Origin: Candidatus Nanopusillus sp.
GTDB lineage: Archaea; Nanobdellota; Nanobdellia; Nanobdellales; Nanobdellaceae
DNA length: 12,052 nucleotides
Reading direction: 5' to 3'
Assembly (NCBI GenBank): GCA_028276785.1
Contig: JAPYVP010000016.1
Location: forward strand, 1 to 12,052
The first letter of the stretch is position 1. Every line of letters starts with the position of its first letter. The notes under the pieces are model-generated. The model searched no databases. It was not told where the DNA came from and worked only from the letters and a program-made list of their open reading frames with translations. Position numbers and translations under genes: made by a program. Of the stretch, positions 1-7,179 are shown in pieces.

Positions 1-818
1 TGATTTATTTTTTCATTAAAATATATATTTTCAAAGTATTTTGTTAAAATAAATAAGAAATCCTTTGCCTTTATTTTTTCAAAGTTTACATTATCTATAA
101 AATCAATAATTGAAGGATCTCTAACAACCTGATTTAAAAATAATATTAAATCTTCTTTATTTTGTACTTTATAATATAAACCATTGGAAGAAAATATATC
201 CAATAATTTTACAAATCTTTCTTTTGGAATTATGTCTTTTAACATTATTATAGGAAATGGATCTCCACTAAAACTTCCAATAACTCTTATTATAAAACCT
301 TTCACTACTTTAATGTCTAAATCCTTATCGAAAATTAAATTTAAACTTTCAGATAAAACTGTATACATAGTAATTTTTAGTTTATATTTTTCATTTATTA
401 AATAATCTAATATCTCTATTAGAACTCTTATTCTTTCTTCGTCCAAATTTTCTATGTTTTTTCCAATAGTTTCTATTATAAATGTTGTAGATATTTGAAA
501 TATTTCTTCATATTTTATTAACATACTTATCAAATCTTCCAAAACTTTTCCACCAAATCTTTCTTTAATTAAATAAATATGAGTTAGGAATTCTTTTGAG
601 ATATATAAAATAGTTTTTTCCTTAACTAACCATTGAAAATATTCAATCAACTTATCGTTATTAATCATTTCTTCAATAGCTTTTTCACCTTTTAATTTTA
701 TTAGATAATCTATATTTTCATTAACAATTTTTTTCATTTTTTCTATATCTAAATTATCATAAATTTCCAGATATTCGCTTTTTGCTATTTTGCTTAAAAA
801 TTCTTCACAATATTTCAT
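1..818 (-). CDS. Hypothetical protein. The 5' end is in the window and the 3' end is cut by the left edge. It is not in the supplied ORF track.
   Basis: I read the minus strand codon by codon from the ATG at 818..816. There is no in-frame stop down to base 3, and the nearest upstream in-frame stop is at 842..840. The translation starts MKYCEEFLSKIAKSEYLEIYDNLDIEKMKKIVNENIDYLIKLKGEKAIEEMINNDKLIEYFQWLVKEK... Its K/E/I/L-rich, helical-looking composition is typical of real proteins in this genome. No family was recognised. Confidence 0.6.
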   Translation of the reverse strand, partial: MKYCEEFLSKIAKSEYLEIYDNLDIEKMKKIVNENIDYLIKLKGEKAIEEMINNDKLIEYFQWLVKEKTILYISKEFLTHIYLIKERFGGKVLEDLISMLIKYEEIFQISTTFIIETIGKNIENLDEERIRVLIEILDYLINEKYKLKITMYTVLSESLNLIFDKDLDIKVVKGFIIRVIGSFSGDPFPIIMLKDIIPKERFVKLLDIFSSNGLYYKVQNKEDLILFLNQVVRDPSIIDFIDNVNFEKIKAKDFLFILTKYFENIYFNEKIN

Positions 819-1077
819 AATACTAAAATTAATAATTATTTATTTTAAATTTTAACCTTTTTATTATGTATTTATCAAGAATTTTAAGATAGAAGATTTA
901 CAACCAAACCAATAAATAATATTTTATTTGTCTTTAAACCAATATATTATAAGTATAAATAGTTTGTTTATTTATTCTATCATTGAATAACAAGATTATA
1001 TTTTTGCAAATGATACCTATTAAAAATAAAGAAGAACTAAAGTTTTTCAATAGTTTACATTAATTTTTATAAAAATT

Positions 1078-1085
1078 TTTATAAA
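1078..1085 (+). promoter_or_regulatory. Putative TATA box for vapBC
   Basis: The octamer TTTATAAA is centred 26.5 nt upstream of the vapB ATG (1108). An A-rich stretch (1071..1075) precedes it in the BRE position. A second copy of ATTTTTATAAA lies 12 bp upstream (1063..1073). The spacing would give a leaderless or near-leaderless mRNA. The octamer is common in this AT-rich DNA, so support is only positional. Confidence 0.35.
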
Positions 1086-1107
1086 TGTATACAAGTAATA
1101 AACAATT

Positions 1108-1332
1108 ATGTCTACAGTCATTAGCATTAGGATAAAAAAGGAAATAAAAGAAGAATTAGAAAAGCATGGAATAGATATTAGTCAAGAAGTGAAAAAATTT
1201 TTAGAAGAACTTTATATAAAGGTTAAAGCTAAAGAGTATGTAAATAAATGGATTGAAGAATTAAAAGATGTTAAACCTAGTGAAGAAGGCTTCTCTGTAA
1301 AATCAATAAGAGAAGATCGTGAGAGTCATTGA
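1108..1332 (+). CDS. vapB: VapB-type antitoxin (archaeal type with a short N-terminal DNA-binding segment)
   Basis: This is a 74-aa K/E-rich protein, MSTVISIRIKKEIKEELEKHGIDISQEVKKFLEELY..., ending in ...SIREDRESH. From memory, N-terminal VISIRI..E....L and a C-terminal IREDRE-like tail are typical of archaeal VapB antitoxins. It overlaps the downstream PIN-domain gene by 14 nt. Confidence 0.75.
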   Translation: MSTVISIRIKKEIKEELEKHGIDISQEVKKFLEELYIKVKAKEYVNKWIEELKDVKPSEEGFSVKSIREDRESH

Positions 1333-1714
1333 TTCTTCTTCCTTGGTAAAATTTTTCTCTAAAGAAAAAGGTTGGGAAAAAGTAGCTCAAATAATATCTG
1401 AAGGAGTTATAACTCTAGATTTATCAATCAAAGAAGTTGCCAACGCTTTATGGAAAAAGGTTCTTAAAGGGGATTTGAATGAAGACATTGCAATTAAAAT
1501 ACTTTCCGACTTATTAAAACGAGAAGCTATGATAATTGTAAACCAAGACGAATATTTAATAGAGGCGTTTAAAATCGCTAATAAAAATAAAATAACCATT
1601 TATGATTCCCTATTTATTGCATTGGCTAAATCAAAGAACCTCGAATTAATAACATCTGATATAAAACAATATGAAATTGCAAAAAATGAAGGAGTAAATA
1701 CTCTATTAATATAA
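1319..1714 (+). CDS. vapC: VapC toxin, PIN-domain ribonuclease
   Basis: 131 aa with a GTG start. All four PIN acidic residues sit in their usual contexts: D5 (RVIDSSS), E39 (IKEVANAL), D96 (IYDSLFIALA) and D114 (LITSD). The gene overlaps the upstream antitoxin in classic type II TA organisation. Confidence 0.85.
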   Translation: MRVIDSSSLVKFFSKEKGWEKVAQIISEGVITLDLSIKEVANALWKKVLKGDLNEDIAIKILSDLLKREAMIIVNQDEYLIEAFKIANKNKITIYDSLFIALAKSKNLELITSDIKQYEIAKNEGVNTLLI

Positions 1715-1866
1715 GAAAACATTTGTATCTTTTACATATATTATTAACAAATTTGCATAAGAGATTAGGATAAATATAAAGAATACTTTCCTTTCATGAT
1801 CAATAACACGTTAGAAACCTCTTAGATTTATTAGCACTATTAGTTATCAACTAATAACCATAATTT

Positions 1867-3237
1867 CTAAGATGAAGGATTTACAACTTGGCCAATAAAT
1901 AATATTTCTTTCGTTCTTAAATCTATTATCATAAATATAAAGGGTCTATTTATTTTTATTACTGGTCCTAAAGATACAGTCCGAGCTACTGTAACAGTTG
2001 CTGCAGCAGCTTTAGTTCCTTCTTCATTATTTTCAATATATGTAAACTGCTTAAATAATGAAACATATAAATTCTCATCAGGGCTTTTAGAATATACTAT
2101 ATTTGAAAGATTTGAAGATCCCGGATTAAATATTGTATTTATACCCAAAGATTTAAGATATGGTATCAAATCGTATTTTCCTTCAAAACTAAACTTTGGC
2201 ATATATAATTTATCTACTACAATTTCGTTTAAATTATTTAGATAATAATATAAATTATCCAATGTAAGATTTGATATTATGTTTGACAGGTCACATAGAT
2301 TTTCTCCCGAATTATCTAATGTAAGATTCGATATTATATCTGATAAGTTATATAGATTTTCACCTTTTAATCTGATACATGGATTGTCTACAAGATGATA
2401 TAGATCATAATAAGGATTATATGGAATAATTACAACCATAGCAGTATTATTTCCTTTATAAGGTATTTCTACAACTTCTATATCACCAAAAATTCCATAT
2501 CTCAATGGAACATCATATGCAACCATTGTTTGTACTTCTATAACATCTTTTGGTGAAATATAAAATTTTTCAGGTCTAGTATCTTCTTTTTTAAATTGCT
2601 TTGCCCATTTTCCATAAAAATATATAGCATTTGTTATAATTAATACTGTATTTTCATTGATATCGGATGGTGATATTACATTTTTTATTAAACCATTTGT
2701 ATTTTGTAATATAAAGTTATTTATAGTTTCTGCAGATTTTACCCTATTATTTACATCTATATTTTCAGTTTCTACTAAGAAATAATCTTTTGCAGTATTT
2801 ATAAATGTGGGTTTGAATTCATAATTTTTATTTAAGAATAAACCATTTGCAATTTTTAATTCATAATTACCACCAGTATTCATTAAAATATTATATAATT
2901 CTCCAAAGTTTGGATTATCATAATTTGGCTCACTTAAATTTAATATATTTTTTAATTCTTCATATGTTTCCCCACCAGCTCCATTATATAATAATAAAAG
3001 ATTAGAAAAAACACCGTAAGGAGAAATCATAATATTACTGTTTGGATTATCTTGTTGAATTAATTTAAATAATTTAAGTCCAAGATTATTACTAGAATTT
3101 ACTACATGACTTAATCCTTCAGGAGTCCATCCTGTATTCTTAGCAATCTTAGTAGATGTATTAAAGAATTCATAGAATAAAAATATTAATACAATTCCCA
3201 ATAATGCAACTAAAGCAATTTTAGTATATAATCTCAT
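1867..3237 (-). CDS. Serpin (serine protease inhibitor family), N-terminally membrane-anchored or secreted, inhibitory-type hinge
   Basis: 456 aa with an N-terminal hydrophobic segment, MRLYTKIALVALLGIVLIFLFYEFF. The C-terminal IKINRPFIFMI (1927..1959) fits the serpin signature pattern as I recall it ([LIVMFY]-x-[LIVMFYAC]-[DNQ]-[RKHQS]-[PST]-F-[LIVMFY]-[LIVMFYC]-x-[LIVMFAH]). The hinge EEGTKAAAAT (P17-P8, within 1972..2025) is close to the inhibitory consensus EEGTEAAAAT. The ending ...FIGQVVNPSS is also typical of serpins. Confidence 0.9.
   Translation of the reverse strand: MRLYTKIALVALLGIVLIFLFYEFFNTSTKIAKNTGWTPEGLSHVVNSSNNLGLKLFKLIQQDNPNSNIMISPYGVFSNLLLLYNGAGGETYEELKNILNLSEPNYDNPNFGELYNILMNTGGNYELKIANGLFLNKNYEFKPTFINTAKDYFLVETENIDVNNRVKSAETINNFILQNTNGLIKNVISPSDINENTVLIITNAIYFYGKWAKQFKKEDTRPEKFYISPKDVIEVQTMVAYDVPLRYGIFGDIEVVEIPYKGNNTAMVVIIPYNPYYDLYHLVDNPCIRLKGENLYNLSDIISNLTLDNSGENLCDLSNIISNLTLDNLYYYLNNLNEIVVDKLYMPKFSFEGKYDLIPYLKSLGINTIFNPGSSNLSNIVYSKSPDENLYVSLFKQFTYIENNEEGTKAAAATVTVARTVSLGPVIKINRPFIFMIIDLRTKEILFIGQVVNPSS
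2254..2367 (-). repeat. In-frame tandem duplication (2 x 57 bp) inside the serpin gene
   Basis: Units 2254..2310 and 2311..2367 match at 45 of 57 positions (aligned base by base). They encode GENLYNLSDIISNLTLDNS followed by GENLCDLSNIISNLTLDNL. Confidence 0.9.
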
Positions 3238-3258
3238 TCAATTTAATTTAATTATACT

Positions 3259-3266
3259 TTTATAAA
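3259..3266 (-). promoter_or_regulatory. Putative TATA box for the serpin gene
   Basis: The palindromic octamer TTTATAAA is centred 25.5 nt upstream of the serpin ATG (3237). This spacing implies a leaderless transcript. Evidence is positional only. Confidence 0.35.
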
Positions 3267-3483
3267 TTTAATGATTTATTAAAAAGTTTCCAACTTTTTA
3301 GTTTAATTTAAAAAAATTCTAAAAAATATATAAAGAATTTGTATACTTTTGATATACATATTATTATATATAATCTAAACCTAAGATTTATATATTTGTT
3401 ATTCTTAGCTATGATGTTGTTTTTATTTAGTCTTACCCTGATTATTGAATTTGTAAGAGAATTAACTAGAGAATTATAAAGCT

Positions 3484-3771
3484 TTATTTCTTTACAACTT
3501 CAAATGCTATATTTTTATCTTTTAACATTGTAAATATTGCATACCATATTGCAATTCCATCTAAAATACTACCAATTATAATAGATGCAATAGAAAATAA
3601 GATTTTATAATGTATTGGAATATTTAAAGGTTGTGTATTCAAATAAAAACCCACTAAATAAGAGCCAATCCATGTAACCATTACTGGCATAATTATCAAA
3701 ATTATATAATTATTAAAAGGAAAGATTGTTCCTGAAAATATTGCTAATAATGTGGCAGTTAAGCTAATCAA
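3484..3771 (-). CDS. Small hypothetical integral membrane protein (about 3 predicted TM segments)
   Basis: 95-aa ORF with a TTG start; there is no ATG between the upstream stop at 3819..3817 and the start. It has three long hydrophobic stretches (LTATLLAIFSGTIF, IILIIMPVMVTWIGSYLVGFYL, ILFSIASIIIGSILDGIAIWYAIF) and a basic C-terminus. The start codon is uncertain and no family was recognised. Confidence 0.4.
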   Translation of the reverse strand: MISLTATLLAIFSGTIFPFNNYIILIIMPVMVTWIGSYLVGFYLNTQPLNIPIHYKILFSIASIIIGSILDGIAIWYAIFTMLKDKNIAFEVVKK

Positions 3772-4024
3772 TCCCGAAGCCCATATTAATAATGAATAAA
3801 AGCACGTTAATTTAGATTATCCTATCAAAAATTACATCAAACTTACACCACCCCAAGATCCATGTCGCATAACCAAGATTATCCGACATCTACACTAATA
3901 TAAATATTTTTCACCGAAATTTTAGTATATTTCACAATGAATTAAGCTAGATTATATGTTATAAAATTTTTATCAAATCATATATCACAATTATTATAAA
4001 TATTTATTACAATCATTACTATAT

Positions 4025-4792
4025 ATGGGCGCTATGACTATTTCTTCTACCAATTATCCTAAGAAACCAATTTATATAACCTTAGATGAAAGATTGTCAA
4101 GAGAAGATAAAAATATAATCATAAATAATCTAGAAAGATTATTAATTTGGTATGAGAGATTAGCAGGGGTTAAAATACAAAGATATTATTTTGATGGACC
4201 ATGGTGTAGAGATCCAAATCAACCCTATTGTCGTCCTATTTATTATATTGAAATGTGCAGAGATTCTAATGATAAGATAAATGCTAATTGTATTCTTGAT
4301 CTTATTAGAACAGAACCATGGCAACAGCACAGGCCACATATTGATGTATTTGTAATAGACGACATAATTTATACAAGGGGTACTAACTTTTTATTTGGGT
4401 TGAGCTTTCCAGCAATTTTTCCAGATGGTAAGATATTTCGAGATGCTACAGGTGTTGTTCTATCTGTAGGGATATTAAAATTATTTTACGGACGCGATTG
4501 GCCAACAGCATTTTATGGTATAGCTGCACATGAGCTAGGACACTTATTTGGATTACCAGATCCAAAAAGTCCCTATTATATTAGTTATAATCATCCTCGG
4601 ACAAAAGAAAGTCCTTTGTATGCTAACCATTGTTCATATAAGTATTGTGTAATGAGACAAGTAAATGCTGGGGGAAGTCTCGATATAGATTTATTAGATC
4701 TTACAAGAGATATATTGAAATATAATCCAAATTTATATTGTGATTATGACTTTCGACTGTTAAGAAGAAATTTACAGATTCTTTTTGGTTAA
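4025..4792 (+). CDS. Archaemetzincin-like zinc metallopeptidase (peptidase M54 family), divergent
   Basis: 255 aa with no signal peptide. AAHELGHLFGL (H169-E-x-x-H173-x-x-G176) and, further on, HCSYKYCVM (C203-x4-C208-x-M210) match the archaemetzincin motif HExxHxxG...CxxxxCxM. The upstream segment DVFVIDDIIYTRGTNFLFGLSF resembles the M54 block ...D......nFvFG.a. Deviations from the canonical motif are described in findings. Confidence 0.7.
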   Translation: MGAMTISSTNYPKKPIYITLDERLSREDKNIIINNLERLLIWYERLAGVKIQRYYFDGPWCRDPNQPYCRPIYYIEMCRDSNDKINANCILDLIRTEPWQQHRPHIDVFVIDDIIYTRGTNFLFGLSFPAIFPDGKIFRDATGVVLSVGILKLFYGRDWPTAFYGIAAHELGHLFGLPDPKSPYYISYNHPRTKESPLYANHCSYKYCVMRQVNAGGSLDIDLLDLTRDILKYNPNLYCDYDFRLLRRNLQILFG

Positions 4793-5003
4793 TCTAAATT
4801 TTTAAAATTTACATAAATTTAATTTTCTAATAAAATACATTTTATAATTATTTTTCTTAAATTTTTTTGATTATTTAAAAATATAAATAAGCACTTACAG
4901 AATATTTTTATAAAATAAGTTTAAGGATAGAGAATAAAAAACTATAAATAAGTTTTATCATACTGACATTATTGATAAAAATTTAAGATACAAAATAACT
5001 TAT

Positions 5004-6236
5004 TTAAGAGCCGAATCTTTTAACAATTTCCTCTAATTTTTCAAAGAAGAAATCTATTTCTTCTTTTGTATTATAAATATATAATGAAGCTCTAACAGAT
5101 CCTTTATATTTATACAAATCTAAATGTCTAAATAATATATAACAACAATGATATCCTGTCCTAACAGAAATATTATAAGAATCCAACATTTTTCCAATTA
5201 TATGTGGATTTATTTTAAATACTAATGAAAATATTGCTTCCCTATCTTTATAATCATTTGATCCCATCAATATTACATCTTTATATTTATTTGAAAATTC
5301 TTCAAATCTCTCTAAGAAATATTTTGTTAATTCTTGTTCATATTTTTCAATATTTTTCATTCCCAATTTATTTAAATATTTAACTGCTTCTCCAAATGCA
5401 ATCCCATCTACAATATTTGGTGTTCCTGCTTCAAATTTCCATGGCAAATCGTTTAAATATTCTTTATCAAAATCAATATCTTTAATCATATCTCCACCCC
5501 ATAAAAAAGGTTCCATATTTTCTAATAATTCTTCTTTTCCATATAATACACCAATTCCAGATGGTCCTAACATTTTATGAGAACTAAATACTAAAAAATC
5601 AACATCTAATTTTTTAACATTTATAGATAAATGTCCAGAACTTTGTGCAGCATCAATTAAAACTAAAGCACCTTTTTCATGAGCAATTTTTATTATTTCT
5701 TCTATAGGATTTATTGTACCTAGAACATTTGATACATGAGTTATAGAAACTATTTTTGTTTTTTCATCTATTTTTCTTTCAAAATCGTCCAAATCTAATT
5801 TATAATCTTTAACATTAATATATTCTAATTTTGCTCCTGTTTTTCTACATACAAACCTCCATGGTAATAAATTTGAACTATGTTCCATATAAGATATCAA
5901 AATTTTATCATCTTTTTTTATATTATTTAAACCATATGAATATGCAACAAGATTTATAGATTCTGTAGTATTTCTTGTAAAAATTATTTCTCTCCATTCT
6001 TTACATTTTATAAAATCTGCAACCAATTTATGAGAATTCTCATATTCTTCAGATGATATTTCGCTTATTTTATATACACCCCTATGTATATTAGCATAAT
6101 ATTTTTCATAAACTTCTTTTATTTTTTCAATAACTTGTCTAGGTTTTTGAGTTGTAGCAGTATTATCAAAATATATTAAATTAGGATTATTTTCAAAAAT
6201 TGGAAAATCTTTTCTTATCTCCTTTGGATTTATCAT
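5004..6236 (-). CDS. sufS: Cysteine desulfurase, SufS/CsdA-like class V aminotransferase
   Basis: 410 aa. The N-terminus IRKDFPIFENNPNLIYFDNTATTQKPRQVIEKI...YYANIHRGVYKIS matches the SufS-type consensus (IR.DFP....YLDNAATTQKP...aNvHRG). The PLP-lysine motif is FSSHKMLGPSGIGVLYG. The catalytic-cysteine loop is VRTGYHCCYILF, against the usual R.GHHCA. No other suf genes lie in the window. Confidence 0.85.
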   Translation of the reverse strand: MINPKEIRKDFPIFENNPNLIYFDNTATTQKPRQVIEKIKEVYEKYYANIHRGVYKISEISSEEYENSHKLVADFIKCKEWREIIFTRNTTESINLVAYSYGLNNIKKDDKILISYMEHSSNLLPWRFVCRKTGAKLEYINVKDYKLDLDDFERKIDEKTKIVSITHVSNVLGTINPIEEIIKIAHEKGALVLIDAAQSSGHLSINVKKLDVDFLVFSSHKMLGPSGIGVLYGKEELLENMEPFLWGGDMIKDIDFDKEYLNDLPWKFEAGTPNIVDGIAFGEAVKYLNKLGMKNIEKYEQELTKYFLERFEEFSNKYKDVILMGSNDYKDREAIFSLVFKINPHIIGKMLDSYNISVRTGYHCCYILFRHLDLYKYKGSVRASLYIYNTKEEIDFFFEKLEEIVKRFGS

Positions 6237-6286
6237 AAAATAAATTTATATAAAACCCTTATATTTTTTAATTATATTTTATCTTA

Positions 6287-6538
6287 ATGAAATATAGAAT
6301 AAATAAACTTTGTGGAATAAATAATTTATCTGTACGGTTTGATAAAGAATTTGATGATGAATTTATTAATAAATTAATAAATTTATTAAATAATTCTGAA
6401 ATAAAAGAAAAAGATAAAGATTCTGTATGGTTAAAGTTGGGAGAAAAAGATATATTAATATATAAACATGGAGAAATTTTATTTTTAGGTTTTTCTGAAG
6501 ATGATGTTAAAAATATTTTATACAAGGTTTTAGAATAA
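6287..6538 (+). CDS. Small hypothetical protein, possibly a single TBP-fold (helix-grip) half-domain
   Basis: 83 aa with a balanced charged/hydrophobic composition, MKYRINKLCGINNLSVRFDKEFDDEFINKLINLL...ILIYKHGEILFLGFSEDDVKNILYKVLE. I prefer it over the fully overlapping antisense ORF 6268..6582, whose product is S/F/L/N-rich and looks like a shadow ORF. It is divergent from sufS with a 50-bp spacer. Confidence 0.5.
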   Translation: MKYRINKLCGINNLSVRFDKEFDDEFINKLINLLNNSEIKEKDKDSVWLKLGEKDILIYKHGEILFLGFSEDDVKNILYKVLE

Positions 6539-6660
6539 ATATTTATACTATGTTTGTTACCATAATATTTTATCCAAATCATATTGATATGTTTTATTGA
6601 AATAAAAGTTGAGTTTCAATTATTTATAAAGTAAAATTCAAAAAATTTATAATTACCAAA

Positions 6661-7131
6661 ATGCTTTTAAAATTTATGGTAACCCTACCTTTTAGAAGAT
6701 TGTCCAAAGGTAAAGCACCGCCAAATAAGCTGGGTAAAATTAACAAAAAACTTATCAGCAATCCAAAAAAGGAGGAAAAAATTATAAAAACAGCGAGAAA
6801 GGAATTTAAAGAAATAAATATAGATACTGAAAAACTTTTAAAGGAATCTAGAGATTTAAGAGATATTAAAAAAATTGAAAAGACAGTAAAGAAGGATTTA
6901 AAGGAAATAGAAAAATATATAAAATCTTTAAAGACTTTATATGGGGCTAATTTAAATAGAGTTTATCCAGAAATTATTCAATTAGAAAAGCTTATCAAAA
7001 GGCTATATGAAATATTAGAAGAAATTAAAAAGAAAGGGCCATCAATGAATCTTGAAAGAGAGTTCCATATAATATTAAATGAAATACATAAACTTTGGGA
7101 AATACATAAGCATAAAATTTCAAAAACGTAA
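6661..7131 (+). CDS. Hypothetical K/E-rich coiled-coil protein
   Basis: 156 aa that is very lysine/glutamate rich, with heptad-like hydrophobic spacing (KEFKEINIDTEKLLKESRDLRDIKKIEKTVKKDLKEIEKYIKSLKTL...). The start may instead be the in-frame ATG at 6676 (MVTLPF...), which lies 26.5 nt from a TTTATAAT element at 6646..6653. No family was recognised. Confidence 0.55.
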   Translation: MLLKFMVTLPFRRLSKGKAPPNKLGKINKKLISNPKKEEKIIKTARKEFKEINIDTEKLLKESRDLRDIKKIEKTVKKDLKEIEKYIKSLKTLYGANLNRVYPEIIQLEKLIKRLYEILEEIKKKGPSMNLEREFHIILNEIHKLWEIHKHKISKT

Positions 7132-7155
7132 TTTTTTATAAAAATTTTATTTTTT
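7132..7155 (+). terminator. Oligo-T tracts in a convergent spacer (possible archaeal termination signals)
   Basis: T6 runs at 7132..7137 and 7150..7155 lie immediately after the stop codon at 7129..7131. Archaeal RNA polymerase terminates at oligo-T. The minus strand of the same 48-bp spacer also carries T5 runs downstream of the pilin gene stop. The signal is weak in such AT-rich DNA. Confidence 0.3.
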
Positions 7156-7179
7156 ATATGATTATAAAAATCTTTAATC

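Noticed and set aside
184-405. Track ORF, 73 aa, plus strand, TTG start
   Set aside because: It lies entirely antisense to the longer stop-free minus-strand frame 1..818. The product is I/F/S/L-rich low-complexity sequence typical of a shadow ORF in AT-rich DNA.
906-944. 9-bp direct repeat AAACCAATA (906..914 and 936..944) in the 289-bp spacer upstream of vapBC
   Set aside because: It could be an operator for VapB autoregulation. It lies more than 160 bp from the vapB start, is not palindromic, and has only two short copies, so the evidence is insufficient.
1387-1599. Track ORF, 70 aa, minus strand
   Set aside because: It is fully antisense to vapC, whose PIN motifs are intact. There is no independent support.
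1838-1856. 8-bp A/T-only hairpin (TATTAGTT-ATC-AACTAATA) 10 nt downstream of the serpin stop
   Set aside because: The stem is all A/T, so stability at high temperature would be negligible, and no oligo-T tract follows on the minus strand. It is not convincing as a terminator.
3409-3480. Possible C/D box sRNA (ATGATGT ... CTGA) in the spacer downstream of the small membrane protein gene
   Set aside because: The box spacing (about 20 nt to the first CTGA) does not fit archaeal C/D sRNAs. There is no convincing C'/D pair and no terminal D box.
3861-3890. Slightly GC-richer patch with inverted repeat ATGTCG...CGACAT upstream of the small membrane protein
   Set aside because: It has only a 6-bp stem with a 17-nt loop, no extension of pairing and no recognisable RNA motif. 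It is compatible with chance.
1867-4792. Serpin and metallopeptidase as a cognate inhibitor-protease pair
   Set aside because: Serpins inhibit serine (and some cysteine) proteases by acyl-enzyme trapping, not metzincins. The serpin is predicted to be extracytoplasmic and the metzincin has no signal peptide. The genes are divergent and separated by another gene.
6268-6582. Track ORF, 104 aa, minus strand
   Set aside because: It overlaps the whole 83-aa plus-strand ORF. Its translation is S/F/L/N-rich with no charged/hydrophobic balance and would start only 31 nt from the sufS start on the same strand. The plus-strand reading looks more protein-like. Certainty is not high.
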